DNA of 62,224 bases, counting the filler. It is 12 parts of 12 records of this genome, joined end to end, with 100 filler letters (N's around TTAATTAATTAA, not from the genome) between each part and the next. Parts side by side here need not be neighbours in the genome. Positions count along the whole stretch, not along the records: positions 10,439 to 15,394 come from SRR15195285_2125; positions 15,495 to 19,367 come from SRR15195285_2128; positions 19,468 to 24,027 come from SRR15195285_2130; 9 more parts are not named here. One strand, written 5' to 3'. The notes under the pieces were generated by a model. That model was given only the letters and a program-made list of their open reading frames with translations, had not been told where the DNA came from and did not search any database. Position numbers and translations under genes: made by a program. Below are positions 10,439 through 21,024 of this stretch, one piece after another (positions within the stretch are counted from its first letter, which is position 1; each line of letters begins with the position of its first letter).

Positions 10439-13400
10439 GCAGGAGGCGCAGGAGGCGCAGGAGGCGCAAGAGGCTGCCCTCCTCAAGAAGATCAAAGAGG
10501 AAGAGTCTGCAGCCGAAAGAGCGCTGCAGCAGGAGTATGAGAGGAACGCCGCGGCGGCGGTGCGTCCACCCGCTATGGAGCCTGAGCCACAACTAGAATC
10601 TCAGCCCGCGCCAGCGCGGAGCAAGAAAGCCATGAAGCGTGCGCGGGCAAAAGCGAACAAGAGGGCCAAGCAGGTGGCTACTGAGCCAGAGCCAGGGAGG
10701 GCTGCGGAACCGAAGAAAGATGAAGCTGGAGCCTTGACGGAGCCAGAGCCGGAGCCGGACGCGGAGCCGGAGCCGGACGCGGAGCGCACCCAGAAAAGTC
10801 TGAAGCGAGCGCGGGCGAAGGCCAACAAGAAAGCTAGGCAGGCGGCCGCCAAGCTAGCGGACGGCCGCGCCACTGCAATCGCAGTGGAGCTCGCGAAGAG
10901 CCGCGCCCGCGAGGCTCGCCTGCTCGATGCTGTTTGTGAAGGGAAAGAGGTGGGGGAGGTGGGGGAGGTTGACGAAGCGACTGCTGCTTTGGAACAGATG
11001 CGACAAGAAGATGGCGTTGACGGAGTGATCGATTTTGCGATCGAAGTGTTGGATGGGGAAGTAGACGTAGACTCACTTCGATCTGATTCCACCGAGCTGA
11101 TTCCAACTCTAGTTGGCACTTTCACGCACGCCGCTGAATGCGCAGAGCAGCACAAGGCCGCGGGAAACGCTGCCTTCAAGGCTGGAAGGATGGAAGACGC
11201 GTGTGAGCAGTACGTCACCTCGCAATTGTGATGTGCTCCGTGGAAGATGGTGCTCAGCTAGCTAGGTCTATCTTCGATGTGTCCGGTTCTGGCTCCCACT
11301 CACACAGACGGTGCCGGCGTGTCAATGACATTGTGTTGCACAGGTATGCCTTGGGCGTCGAGCAGCTACGCGGCGAGATCTACGGGGGCCAAGCGGTGTA
11401 TGACCGGTACTCTGCGCACCCTGGGGGTGAGTGTCTCCTTGAAGCTAGTGCATCATTGGCACTACTTCTGCGACCATGCTGACTGTGACGGCTAACAATG
11501 TGTCGTGCAGGTGGATCGTGGACCAAATTCACAGCCGGGCGCTACGGCGCAAGGCCACGCGATGGTGGAACAGTCGAGCGCCGGCGCCTCTGCGCGGAGC
11601 TCCTCAGCAACCACTCACTCGCACTGATGAAACGCGAGCAGATCGAGGACCGTTCCACCGCGATGGCAATGGCAAGGTACAGACTCACTGGCACTAATGG
11701 AAGCATGCAGGTACTCATGGAAGCTCTTGCAGCTGCCGAGTCTGCTGTTAGTTGTGCACCGTCGTGGGGTAAAGCCTGGTTCCGCAACGGCTCCGTGCTC
11801 ACCCGTCTGCAAGTGGGATGTGGACCGTATATAAAAGGCGATATGGCAGAGGGTGCCTGCTTTTGCTTCTGGCAGGCGTATAGCCTCGGAGAAAATCCTG
11901 AGACTACCATGGATTCGATGCGCTGTGCCTGGAGGGCTTACTTCGATCACCACGGTAAGTCAGTCCTAGCTATGCTATGCTTTTGGATTCGACAGCGCTT
12001 AAACAGCGACTCGGATCTCTCAGATCGGTTTAGCTCACCAATCATGGCTTCACTGCTTTTGCCACAGAGATGCGAGGCCTGGCTAGCACTCGCAATGCAT
12101 TGCTGCATTGCCACAAGCGTTGCCAAGATGGGCGACGGGAGTATGTCTCGCGGTGCGCGGAGGCACAGGGGACGCATCCGAAGAGACTCCCACCGACAGT
12201 GTGTGATGAAGGAGTCTTGTACTATCCGGGTGCAGGCTTTGACATTGTGCGGCCGTTCATGCTCTGCCCTCACCTGAGCACAATGGTACGGCAGTACAGC
12301 AACCGTTGTACACATCAAACATAGAATATGTCTGATCAATCACATGCTTGCAAAGCACTCTAGGAGTCAGTCCCTACGTACTATAGTAACAACTCTCTAG
12401 AGAGTTGTTGCGAGCTGATGTGCTGATATGCTGATCATGAGCCCGTGACAATTGACTGACCGTGATGATGACTTGTGCGGACCAGGTATGTGTGAGCTAC
12501 GTTGATCCTGAGTGGGAAGGTCCTGATGGTGGGCCGCTAGACGGTGGTGTCAGACACGGCGGCTCCGGCCCGCCGTGGACGACACCGCGCTTTGTGCAGC
12601 GCCTGATTGCGCTGCTCGAGAAGAAGCCATTCGTGGTTCCAGGCTCAGCGCGTGTCGTCGAGGCACTGCACGCGAAGCCACCGCGGCCGCATCCGGGCCC
12701 GACTACCTTTTGCGAGAAGCAACAGATCCTAAACCGAGTGGAGCTCAGCTTCATCGACGCGGCTGAGGCCAAGCGCCGCACTGTGATTTACTACCTCAAC
12801 GAGGACTGCGAGGTGCGCTTCTCCTTCTCCGTCTCTTTCTCTGTTTCGAAACGTTTCGAGAATCGATTCCTGGGTGTCTATTGATAATTGAGAGCCGTCC
12901 GACCTGTGTGTCTGGGTCGCAGGTCTTCATACCGCCTGAGCTGTTCAGTACGGGTATCGCGCATATGCATTTCGTGAACACGATGCTGCCCTGGGACTGC
13001 AACTGGGCAGCGTTTCTCTGCCGATCTCTCGCTCGGCCAGGTGAGCTCTAGTTCCCAGGGCAGCATATAATGTAGTCTAGATGCATTGCTCAATCCAGCA
13101 CACCGATGCACCTGGTGCTGGCGCGCATTTAACGTTGCTGTTCGGTGCGCTGTACAGGTGCCACTGCGGGTGGTGTGTGTCCGTTTCCGTTGAGCCGCCA
13201 GGGCGCGGCCGCACTCCGGGACGAGGGCAGTTTGCTTCGGGCAGGCGGGCACATGTGTCCGCCACTCCGTGATTTGTACGACCTGAAGGAAGGGGACTAT
13301 CTGCGCTTCTGGTCCCTGGAGTCATTAGTCTCTCAACTCGGTACCTTGAAAGTCCAAGAGGAGGAACACATGCGAGAAATGATGCAGAGAAATGCGAGCA

Positions 13401-14099
13401 ATGATGGTGACGTGATGGCCGGGCTAACGTTCTTCAATTATCGGATGGAGTGCTTCACTCATATCGTGCACTCGTTGCACGAGTGTGACAGCCTCACACT
13501 CTCGTGCACAGATGCGCAGGTGTGGCCCACTGCCTACCACCCACTATCACAGTTGCGTGCATGACATCCGATTGAGCTCAGTCTATCTTCTAACACTGTT
13601 CCTTGGTATGAATGTTGTGTTGGACGCTGCTGATGGGCAGTATCTGGCCAAGCCACACGGTCCAGACTGCTCGATATGCACCCAGCATCATGAATCGCTA
13701 CTGTGCCATGAATCACTTGACGCGGACACAGACGACAGCGAGCACATCTATCTGTCAGATGACAGCGTTGACACCGTCTCGCGGTCAACGATCAGTGCGC
13801 TGATCGATGACATTACGTACGAGCGCTGGCCGCAGGTGCTTGACCTCGTGAAACTTGACCCGATGCTCCTGATGGAGACAGACTGGTCTCACCCACAGGG
13901 AAATTTGCCGTTACACTGGGCGGTCAATTGTGCTGCGCCGATAAGAGTGCTTCAAACGCTCGTCGAACTTGCCCCATCGGCCCTGGGCGTGAGGAGCGCA
14001 ATCGGTGCGAGGCCGCTCGATCTGGCGGAAATGGGACAGTACAAGACGTCCGAGTGCATCGACTACTTACGAGATCGAACCAGTGTAGAAGGCATATGA
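10439..14099 (+). CDS. Multi-exon TPR protein with a putative Rossmann/SAM-methyltransferase-like middle region and C-terminal ankyrin repeats; 5'-partial
   Basis: Frame is open from the contig edge. TPRs AEQHKAAGNAAFKAG and APSWGKAWFRNG. Phase-consistent introns at 11210-11343, 11427-11510, 11955-12067, 12286-12486 and others. Ankyrin NLPLHWAV..GARPLDLA. Linkage of the ankyrin exon is less certain. Confidence 0.65.
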
Positions 14100-14141
14100 G
14101 ATCGGGCCACGTTTTACGAGTCCACCGCTTCGCAGGAGCTC

Positions 14142-14522
14142 GTGGCGGTGACCGCCGCGCTGAAAGAGGAAAAGGCTAAGTCCTCGGCGCTAGAGGAGGA
14201 GAACAAGGCGATAGGTGGGCAGGTTGCCACCGTGATGTCGTATCTGGACCAAGTCATGCCAATGGAGGGTGGTGGTGACACTGCTGCGACCAAGAACACG
14301 GAGCCTGCAGAGCATGCAGAGCCTGAGCCGCAGGTAGAGGCGGAACCGGAGCTGGAGCAGGAGCACGCGACACATCTCACGCAGGCCACCGCTTTGGAGG
14401 AGCTCGTGGCGGTGACCGCCGCTCTGAAAGAGGAGAAGGCCAAGTCCTCGGCGCTAGAGGAGGAGTACAAGGCGCTGCGTGAGCAGGTTGCTTTCATCCT
14501 TTCGTTTACGGGGCAGGGGTGA
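14142..14522 (+). CDS. Short coiled-coil ORF or exon with an internal duplication (ELVAVTAALKEEKAKSSALEEE x2)
   Basis: Near-identical ~75-nt repeats at ~14135-14210 and ~14400-14475 flank an EPEP linker. No clean ATG start. Confidence 0.45.
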   Translation: MAVTAALKEEKAKSSALEEENKAIGGQVATVMSYLDQVMPMEGGGDTAATKNTEPAEHAEPEPQVEAEPELEQEHATHLTQATALEELVAVTAALKEEKAKSSALEEEYKALREQVAFILSFTGQG

Positions 14523-14765
14523 GCGGGCACCTACCACGCAGCCCCGGAGACCGAACTGGGGGCAACGCGCCCGCCAGAGCCTTGCGTATTGTGCACGCGA
14601 CTAGCCTTGGCACTGCGCCACAGCGCGCATGTGACTTGCCGCGGCGCGCGCGCTTGCAAATGGAGGCCCGAGTGCATCGACTGCTTACGAGATCGAACCA
14701 GTGTAGAAGGCACACGGGGACCGGCTACGTATCGGCATCTCGTGAGAGGCCTTCTTGATCGGCGA

Positions 14766-14859
14766 GTTATGAGCAGTGTGCCAAGAAATGATATGCCTCT
14801 GAAACCACCGTCATCATTCACCATCAGATGCATTTGTTTCTTGGCACACTGCTCACAAC
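14766..14859. repeat. Long inverted repeat/hairpin with 19-bp perfect arms (14770-14788 and 14837-14855)
   Basis: TGAGCAGTGTGCCAAGAAA ... TTTCTTGGCACACTGCTCA, with further imperfect pairing inside and outside the perfect arms. Confidence 0.9.
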
Positions 14860-15242
14860 AAGAAACCATCTCACTGCGTGCTTCCTGCCCAGCCAGTGTC
14901 GCACAGTAGTACCTCTGGCCTGATGTCTTTCACAACCAGCGTCGCGCCTCTCCTCCTCGCGCTCCCTCCGCCTCCTAACTGCTTGGAAACAGACCTTCCC
15001 TTCTGGTCAGGTTTTTTTTGTTCGGACTGACCAGCTGGCTTACGCACAGTCTTTCTTTTTCCGGAGTTTTTGCCCGAGTTTTTGCCCCCCTGTGCACCAC
15101 CCCAAAACATCGTGTCGATGGTGAGGAGGAGAAGGACGATGGCAAGAAGATTGATTAGGTTGGCTGTTTAGGCTGTAGGGATACTGCCCGTGTGCACGCT
15201 CCGGCAGTTCAAATAATGAGCGTACCGGCTTCTATTCCCGTT

Positions 15243-15394
15243 CTCGCCATTTAGGTGCCACTGTCGCCGTTGAAGCACCATTCCCTATCGAAGCGCCATT
15301 AGCGTCGTTTAGGCGCCTTTCGCACAGTTGAACCGCCAATCAGGCGCCATTCATTCCGCCAATGAGGCGCCATTCCACCAATCAGGCGCCATTC
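15243..15394. repeat. Degenerate tandem repeat of a (CCAATC)AGGCGCCATT-like unit running into the contig end
   Basis: About 8 variant copies of GGCGCCATT; the last three are preceded by CCAAT. Confidence 0.75.
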
Positions 15395-15581
15395 NNNNNN
15401 NNNNNNNNNNNNNNNNNNNNNNNNNNNNNNNNNNNNNNTTAATTAATTAANNNNNNNNNNNNNNNNNNNNNNNNNNNNNNNNNNNNNNNNNNNNGGAGAG
15501 AAATGCGTAGGTATAGAGAAAACGTCTGTCTAAGCTCCCGACTGGACGCTGCGTGGACTATCGCTGGCTGCTGGCTCGCAG

Positions 15582-17733
15582 ATATCGATGCAATCATGGG
15601 CTTCAAGATGGCCGCCACCCTGCAGGATGCGGGCGTGATGGCCGCCGAAGCGGGAATGGATCAAGCGCTCGGAGGGAATGCGTTCACTTACCTTGCGGAT
15701 GCAGTCAACTCAGGCAAAATGCAGCGTTCGGTGCTAGAGCGCGCGGCGTCAGCAATTCTGCGGGAGAAGTTCGCAGGTAAAATTTTCGACAAACGATTTG
15801 ATGGAGTTAGTGATGGCAACTGGGGAAACTTGCAGCAGTGTCGCGCGCACGCATCTGGTGGAATTCTGGACAACCCTGCGCACCGAGCACTCGCCAAGCG
15901 AGCTGCATCCGAAGGGGCAGTACTACTAAAAAATGGTCACGTGCTGGAGCATGATCAAGAACAGGGCATGGCTCAGCATTTTACAGCGGCATGTAGGTTC
16001 ACAAACACTTCGGACTGCTACGGTGACGGGCTGCCAGGCACAACTCCGGCACCAACTCCAACCGATGCAGACTGCTGTAGGCTCTGCCAGCGAACACCAG
16101 GGTGCCGAGTCGCTGTCTGGCTCCCAGCAGGGGATAGCAGGCCACCACAGCCTGACAACAAGCACCGCTGCATGCTAAAAGCAGCGTGCAGTGATCCAAT
16201 GCCTACACAGAACCGTGTCCGCTGCGACTTACCTGGTGTGGATCCAGGCTCCCTGCGCTTCGGAACACTCCCTCTCACGCCAAAGAAATGGTCCGACATA
16301 AAGCAGATTGCCATCGTTGGCCCCAACGCAGACAATGGGCAGATGAACGCAGGTCCGTGTTCCCCGTCAAAAGTGGTTGCTTTACCATTTGTTATTTAGG
16401 TACGTGCACGAGAGACTCATGCTCTGCTGTGGCACAGGCAGCTACGTCAAGGTGGGCACAGAGCTGACAACGTTTCTCGCCGCCGCATCTGACTATGTCC
16501 CGAAGACGACAAAGGTCGTCAGCGCCGCGCTTAACGCGACGCTCCTCATCGACGGAGGGCACCGAGCGCCCAACGCTGGTGGCGATCCCGCGGCGAATGA
16601 TCATAATCCAAAAATACCTGGTGGCATCAATATGAACCAGCTGTCACCACAGCAGAGGTGCGAGTCATGCCTGCCAATCGAAACTGGTCCGCATGTGGAC
16701 GCGTGTCTAGCTTGATTTCTACGTGGTCAGACGAGCACATCGTACGTCTTGACAGAAGCATATGCGTGTGTCTGTGTTTGCCTGCCAATAGGCTGATGAT
16801 TGATCAGGCTGTAGCCGCTGCAAACGCCTCTGACCTCACCATCGCGTTGGTTGGAGACTCGCCTTCCACGTGCGGTGAAGGGACCGATCGTAACTATTCC
16901 GTTCAACAACAGTCAAAATCCCATAGACGAATAGAAGCAACTGTAAGCAAAATTTAACCAGGCGTTTATGCAACACTGCATGAGCAGGTATTTCGCTTGA
17001 CCTACCAGGTGTGCAGATGCAGCTGCTCGGCGCACTAGCAGCTTTAGGGAAACCATTAATGGTGATCCTCGTGCATGGTCGTCCCGTTACATTCGGGCCT
17101 AACAACGCGGTACTGGACCATGTGGACGTATTGTTGGCATCATGGATTGGTGGTGAGGCCGCTGGCCCAGCTCTTTGGGAGATCATTAACGGCGAGTTCA
17201 ACCCTAGCGGTAGGCTTGCACAGACTTGGCCACGTTCCGTGGGCTACGTCGGCTCGCACGCAGACTCGAAGTTCGGTCCAGAGGGTCTGTGGCAAGGCGA
17301 TTATGTTGGGATGGGGTGGAGAGACGGCGAAATGAATGGCCCGCTGTTTGAACTTGGTGCGGGTCTCAGTTACGGCGGCATCGATACGTTCACCTTCGCG
17401 CAGAAGGAAGTCCTGACTGCGTCTATCCGTGACGTGAGCTTCGATGTACACGTGGACGTCAAGTCCACCGCTGCACCTGGCGGCACGGTCGTGCAGCTGT
17501 ACTTCTCGCAGGCCGTTGCGCAAGCGGTCCGACCGAAACTGATGCTGCTAGCGTTTGCCAAGATCGAGCGATCCACGACGAGCAACGTAACGTTGACGGT
17601 ACCAGTAGAGGACTTGGGCTACTTTCATCCGCTCACGAAGACCACCAACGTGGATGTGGGATCATACACCTTGCATCTTGGCACATCGTCGGCGAAGCTT
17701 CATGCACAAACTACCCTGACGCTCAGGCACTGA
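15582..17733 (+). CDS. GH3 beta-glucosidase/xylosidase (end of the TIM barrel, GH3_C and Fn3-like domains) with a PAN/apple-like insert; 5'-partial, multi-exon
   Basis: Motifs AGMDQ, HRALAKRAASEGAVLLKN, IAIVGPNAD, CGEGTDR, LDLPGVQMQLL, GKPLMVILVHGRP, GEFNPSGRLAQTWP, LFELGAGLSY and VVQLY. Confidence 0.9.
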
Positions 17734-17808
17734 CTGTACTGACGACTGAGGAACATAACGAATAAAACTGAAGTAGCAGTCGATTGATTTGGATGCCCAC
17801 TCAGGGCA

Positions 17809-19152
17809 TCAAGCCGCCCCAGCAGCCGTCGTTACTGGCTGTACAAGCGAGAACGCATGCCCAAACCCACGGCGTCGACTCTGAGCGACCGCCTGTTGAG
17901 CGAGGTGGTCGCCGATCGACTCCGGTGGAAGGGCCTCGCTCTCCGTGTTGACGCCATTGTAAAGGTACTGTGGTACTCCAGTCGCATCAAACAGAATCTC
18001 AGGTCGCTCGCGCCGTGCGAGCTTGACGGTGTGGCCGTCGCTGTAGTTGACATTGAGCGTGAAAGCTGAGCTATTGGTTGGACTCTTCCACCACTTAATA
18101 CCGTCCGCACTGAAGGCGTGCAGCCCGCGGGGCCCGTTATGGTAGAGGATGTGCAGTGAGCCGTCTTGCTTTTCTTGCCACAAGAACCTGCGCACGCAGC
18201 CGCACGCAACACAGTTGAAGTGATTGTTGTAGCAAGCTCGCGATAGCGTTGTGAGATGCTACACTGACGGATCTTCGTCGTTCCCGGGGGCCTTGGTCAA
18301 ATTGGCAGATGAAACAAATGGCCCGAGAAATGACTTGGCAATTGCAAAGCCGTTCTGTTCTCCGTGTGACGGATTAAACCTGTACGCGAGCATCACTCGG
18401 TGATCTGCTAGCAGAGCGATGCTCGGGTTTGAGATGTGGAGACTGCCCATTCCAGTGATATCAACCTTCCGAGCCTGCCACGGCCCAGCCATCGTATCCG
18501 CCCATGCCACATACATATTCGCGCCGGGGCCTTCTCCACTAGGGTCCGTGTGCGTAATGTCCGAGCGGTCAATGTAGGTTGGAAGCGCCGTGGAGTTTAC
18601 GCGGTTAGGATGCGCGCCGTCACACGCTGCGTAGTCGTCCATATCGTTCACGCGAAAGTACAGTATGTACGTCCCGTTTGGTGCACGGATCAGATGTGGG
18701 TTGAACGCGGTGGGTGCCACGAATACGCCGGCAGGCTCGAATCCACGGTCTGGATACTTGCTCGTGACGTGCACGAGGAATGTGCCCCCGACGGTGACGG
18801 AGCAGGTGGCTGGCGGCTGCGCAGCGGTGGGCAGGTCGCAGCAGCCCACATTGACGGCCGCATGGTAGACACCCGTACCCTCGTCCTTCACCACAGTGAA
18901 GCCCCAGCTGAACGACGAGTTCGAGCGCAGCGCTTCCGCCTGCGGCCATACGGCACCGCCTGTTGCGGCTGCCGCCGGAGCGAGGTCAACGCTGCCGCAG
19001 CTTGGGCCAATGAATCCAGGCCGGCAGCGACACTCTCCCGTGACGCACTCGCCGAGCAGCTCACAGCCCAGATCGTCAGCGCAGCGATATGGAGCGGCGG
19101 CCATGGCTCGCCATGGCGGCACCAGCAGCGCAAGCAGGAACAGCAGCCGCAT
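17809..19152 (-). CDS. Secreted EGF-like plus five-bladed beta-propeller glycoside hydrolase-like protein (GH43/32/68 clan-like), ~420 aa, 2 exons (19152-18269, 18187-17809)
   Basis: Signal MRLLFLLALL and an EGF-like CADDLGCELLGECVTGECRCRPGFIGPSC. Blade motifs SWGF, FNPHL, SNPSI, EDP|FLW (formed across the intron), HAFSADG and RERP. Confidence 0.75.
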
Positions 19153-19467
19153 TGCGTTCGCGCCGCCGCGTCGCCGCGGCGGCGCGCGCGCGGGATCGCC
19201 GCGCCGGCGTGAAACAAACCGCGGCGTTGCATCGGATGATCCGAGACGACGATCGGAGTCAACCGATAAGAGCCGGAAAGTATTATCTTGATGCAACGCT
19301 CCTAGTTGCAGAATAGTGTTGGGAACGTGGCGCTAGGGGAGGCTCACGCGCAAAGTACACGTAGGGGNNNNNNNNNNNNNNNNNNNNNNNNNNNNNNNNN
19401 NNNNNNNNNNNTTAATTAATTAANNNNNNNNNNNNNNNNNNNNNNNNNNNNNNNNNNNNNNNNNNNN

Positions 19468-20832
19468 AAACGAGACAGTCAGAACGATATCGCGATTGCT
19501 GCTTGGTCCTACGATATCCTCGAAACAGCTAAGCAAAGAGCAATGGTGATGCTCTTCCTGCTGTATCCTTCTCTCAACAACGCAATCTTTCGAATCCTAA
19601 CGTGCAGAGATTTCGCAGCTGATCGCCAACAGAGCGGATCGTCCGTCAACATCTACGACTACAGCATAGACTGCACCACGTCGACGTACACAGCATACTG
19701 GTGGCTAGCGACGATCGTGTTCTTCCCCGCCTTCTCCCTGGGCATCCCGTGCTTCTTCTTAGTGCTTCTCGTGAGCAATCGCGACCAGTTTCGTGACCAG
19801 TCCGATGTTCAAATTGAGTTCGAGGACTTCTATGCTGTTGTTAAAGGTGATAGACACGCAGCACAGGACCTGTTCGACAAGATTGATACGAATCACAGTG
19901 GAGATATTTCAACCGCAGAGCTTCTGGAATATTGCACAGGGACGTTCAGTTCCCAAAAGATCAGCACGGACTCATTCGACAAGCCACAGGCACCCAAAGG
20001 CAAATGGACATACTATACTCAAAAGTTTAAGATGAGTGACGACGCGGATGACAAACTCAGTTTTCTGGCGAAAGAGTTCGAGGGGGAATACTGCTGGTTT
20101 GAGGTAGTCGAATACACCAAGAAGCTGATGATGACGGGTGTTCTCATGAAAGCGGAGCAAGGTTCCTCCACTCAGATTTTCTTCGGGCTTTTGATATCGT
20201 TTGTCTACTTTGCACTGGTGGTAAGGACAATGCCCTACCGAAGTATCCGCACCGACATAATTCGTGTGGCTGGGGAGCTGCAGCTGTTTTTCACAATGCT
20301 GTGTACGCTTATGCTACGCCTTGACTTGCACGAAGAGTTCATGACGCGTGAGCGGGTTAGCACATTGCTCATCGTGGTAAACTTTGTGATGACACCTATT
20401 CCGTTTGGGATCGACATCTTCATCCGCATCAGAGACTTCCTGCGAGATGGGCGGCAGCTTCTTGTGGTCCTCAAAGGAGCTGGACTCAAAAACGAAGGGT
20501 GGATGCAACAGATATTCCGTGCTGATACGGAACGCATAGCTGAGCTTACAGAAGACGTGGGGGAATTGCTGGACAGAATATATGTTGATGTTGAGGATAT
20601 AGGTGAAGGCAGTCAGTTGGGAGCCATTGATGCCGTCGAAATTATCGAGGACGACACCGACGCCGCCCTCGAGGACACTGGCACTGATGGGGAACATACA
20701 CACCGAAAGGTATATAATCCACTTATGGAGGTGGAGCAGCCGGGACTGACTGTGGAACCACAGCCGAAGCCGTCGCCACTGCTACCTAGTAGTAGACCAC
20801 ACCAGTTACAGCAAGGTAACTTTGAGATTTGA
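19468..20832 (+). CDS. Polytopic membrane protein (protist multi-TM family) with an EF-hand in a cytoplasmic loop; 5'-partial
   Basis: Motifs LFLLYPSL..DYSIDC..LGIP, YCWFEVVEYTKKL and MPYRS, several hydrophobic helices, and EF-hand FDKIDTNHSGDISTAEL. Confidence 0.8.
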   Translation, partial: KRDSQNDIAIAAWSYDILETAKQRAMVMLFLLYPSLNNAIFRILTCRDFAADRQQSGSSVNIYDYSIDCTTSTYTAYWWLATIVFFPAFSLGIPCFFLVLLVSNRDQFRDQSDVQIEFEDFYAVVKGDRHAAQDLFDKIDTNHSGDISTAELLEYCTGTFSSQKISTDSFDKPQAPKGKWTYYTQKFKMSDDADDKLSFLAKEFEGEYCWFEVVEYTKKLMMTGVLMKAEQGSSTQIFFGLLISFVYFALVVRTMPYRSIRTDIIRVAGELQLFFTMLCTLMLRLDLHEEFMTRERVSTLLIVVNFVMTPIPFGIDIFIRIRDFLRDGRQLLVVLKGAGLKNEGWMQQIFRADTERIAELTEDVGELLDRIYVDVEDIGEGSQLGAIDAVEIIEDDTDAALEDTGTDGEHTHRKVYNPLMEVEQPGLTVEPQPKPSPLLPSSRPHQLQQGNFEI

Positions 20833-21024
20833 GAGATTAGTTGCGGCAGCGAAAAGGGGCGAAACCAGCGAGTGAATGTGGTAACGAGAGGACTGGGAAG
20901 ACGTGTGTGGCTCGGTGGCAACACTGTAAAAGGGAAGGGCCGCGTGTGCGAAATATCAGCTGATAATACTCATGATAGTCCGTGCATGAATTCCGAGGCG
21001 TTTCAATTAAACTGTAATCGAGTG

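Noticed and set aside
14871..15110. Lys/Gly-rich 79-aa minus-strand ORF
   Set aside because: Low complexity, no domain and no supporting splice structure.
15243..15394. Possible CRISPR array
   Set aside because: Units are ~10-20 nt and degenerate, there are no unique 25-45 nt spacers or cas genes, and the context is eukaryotic.
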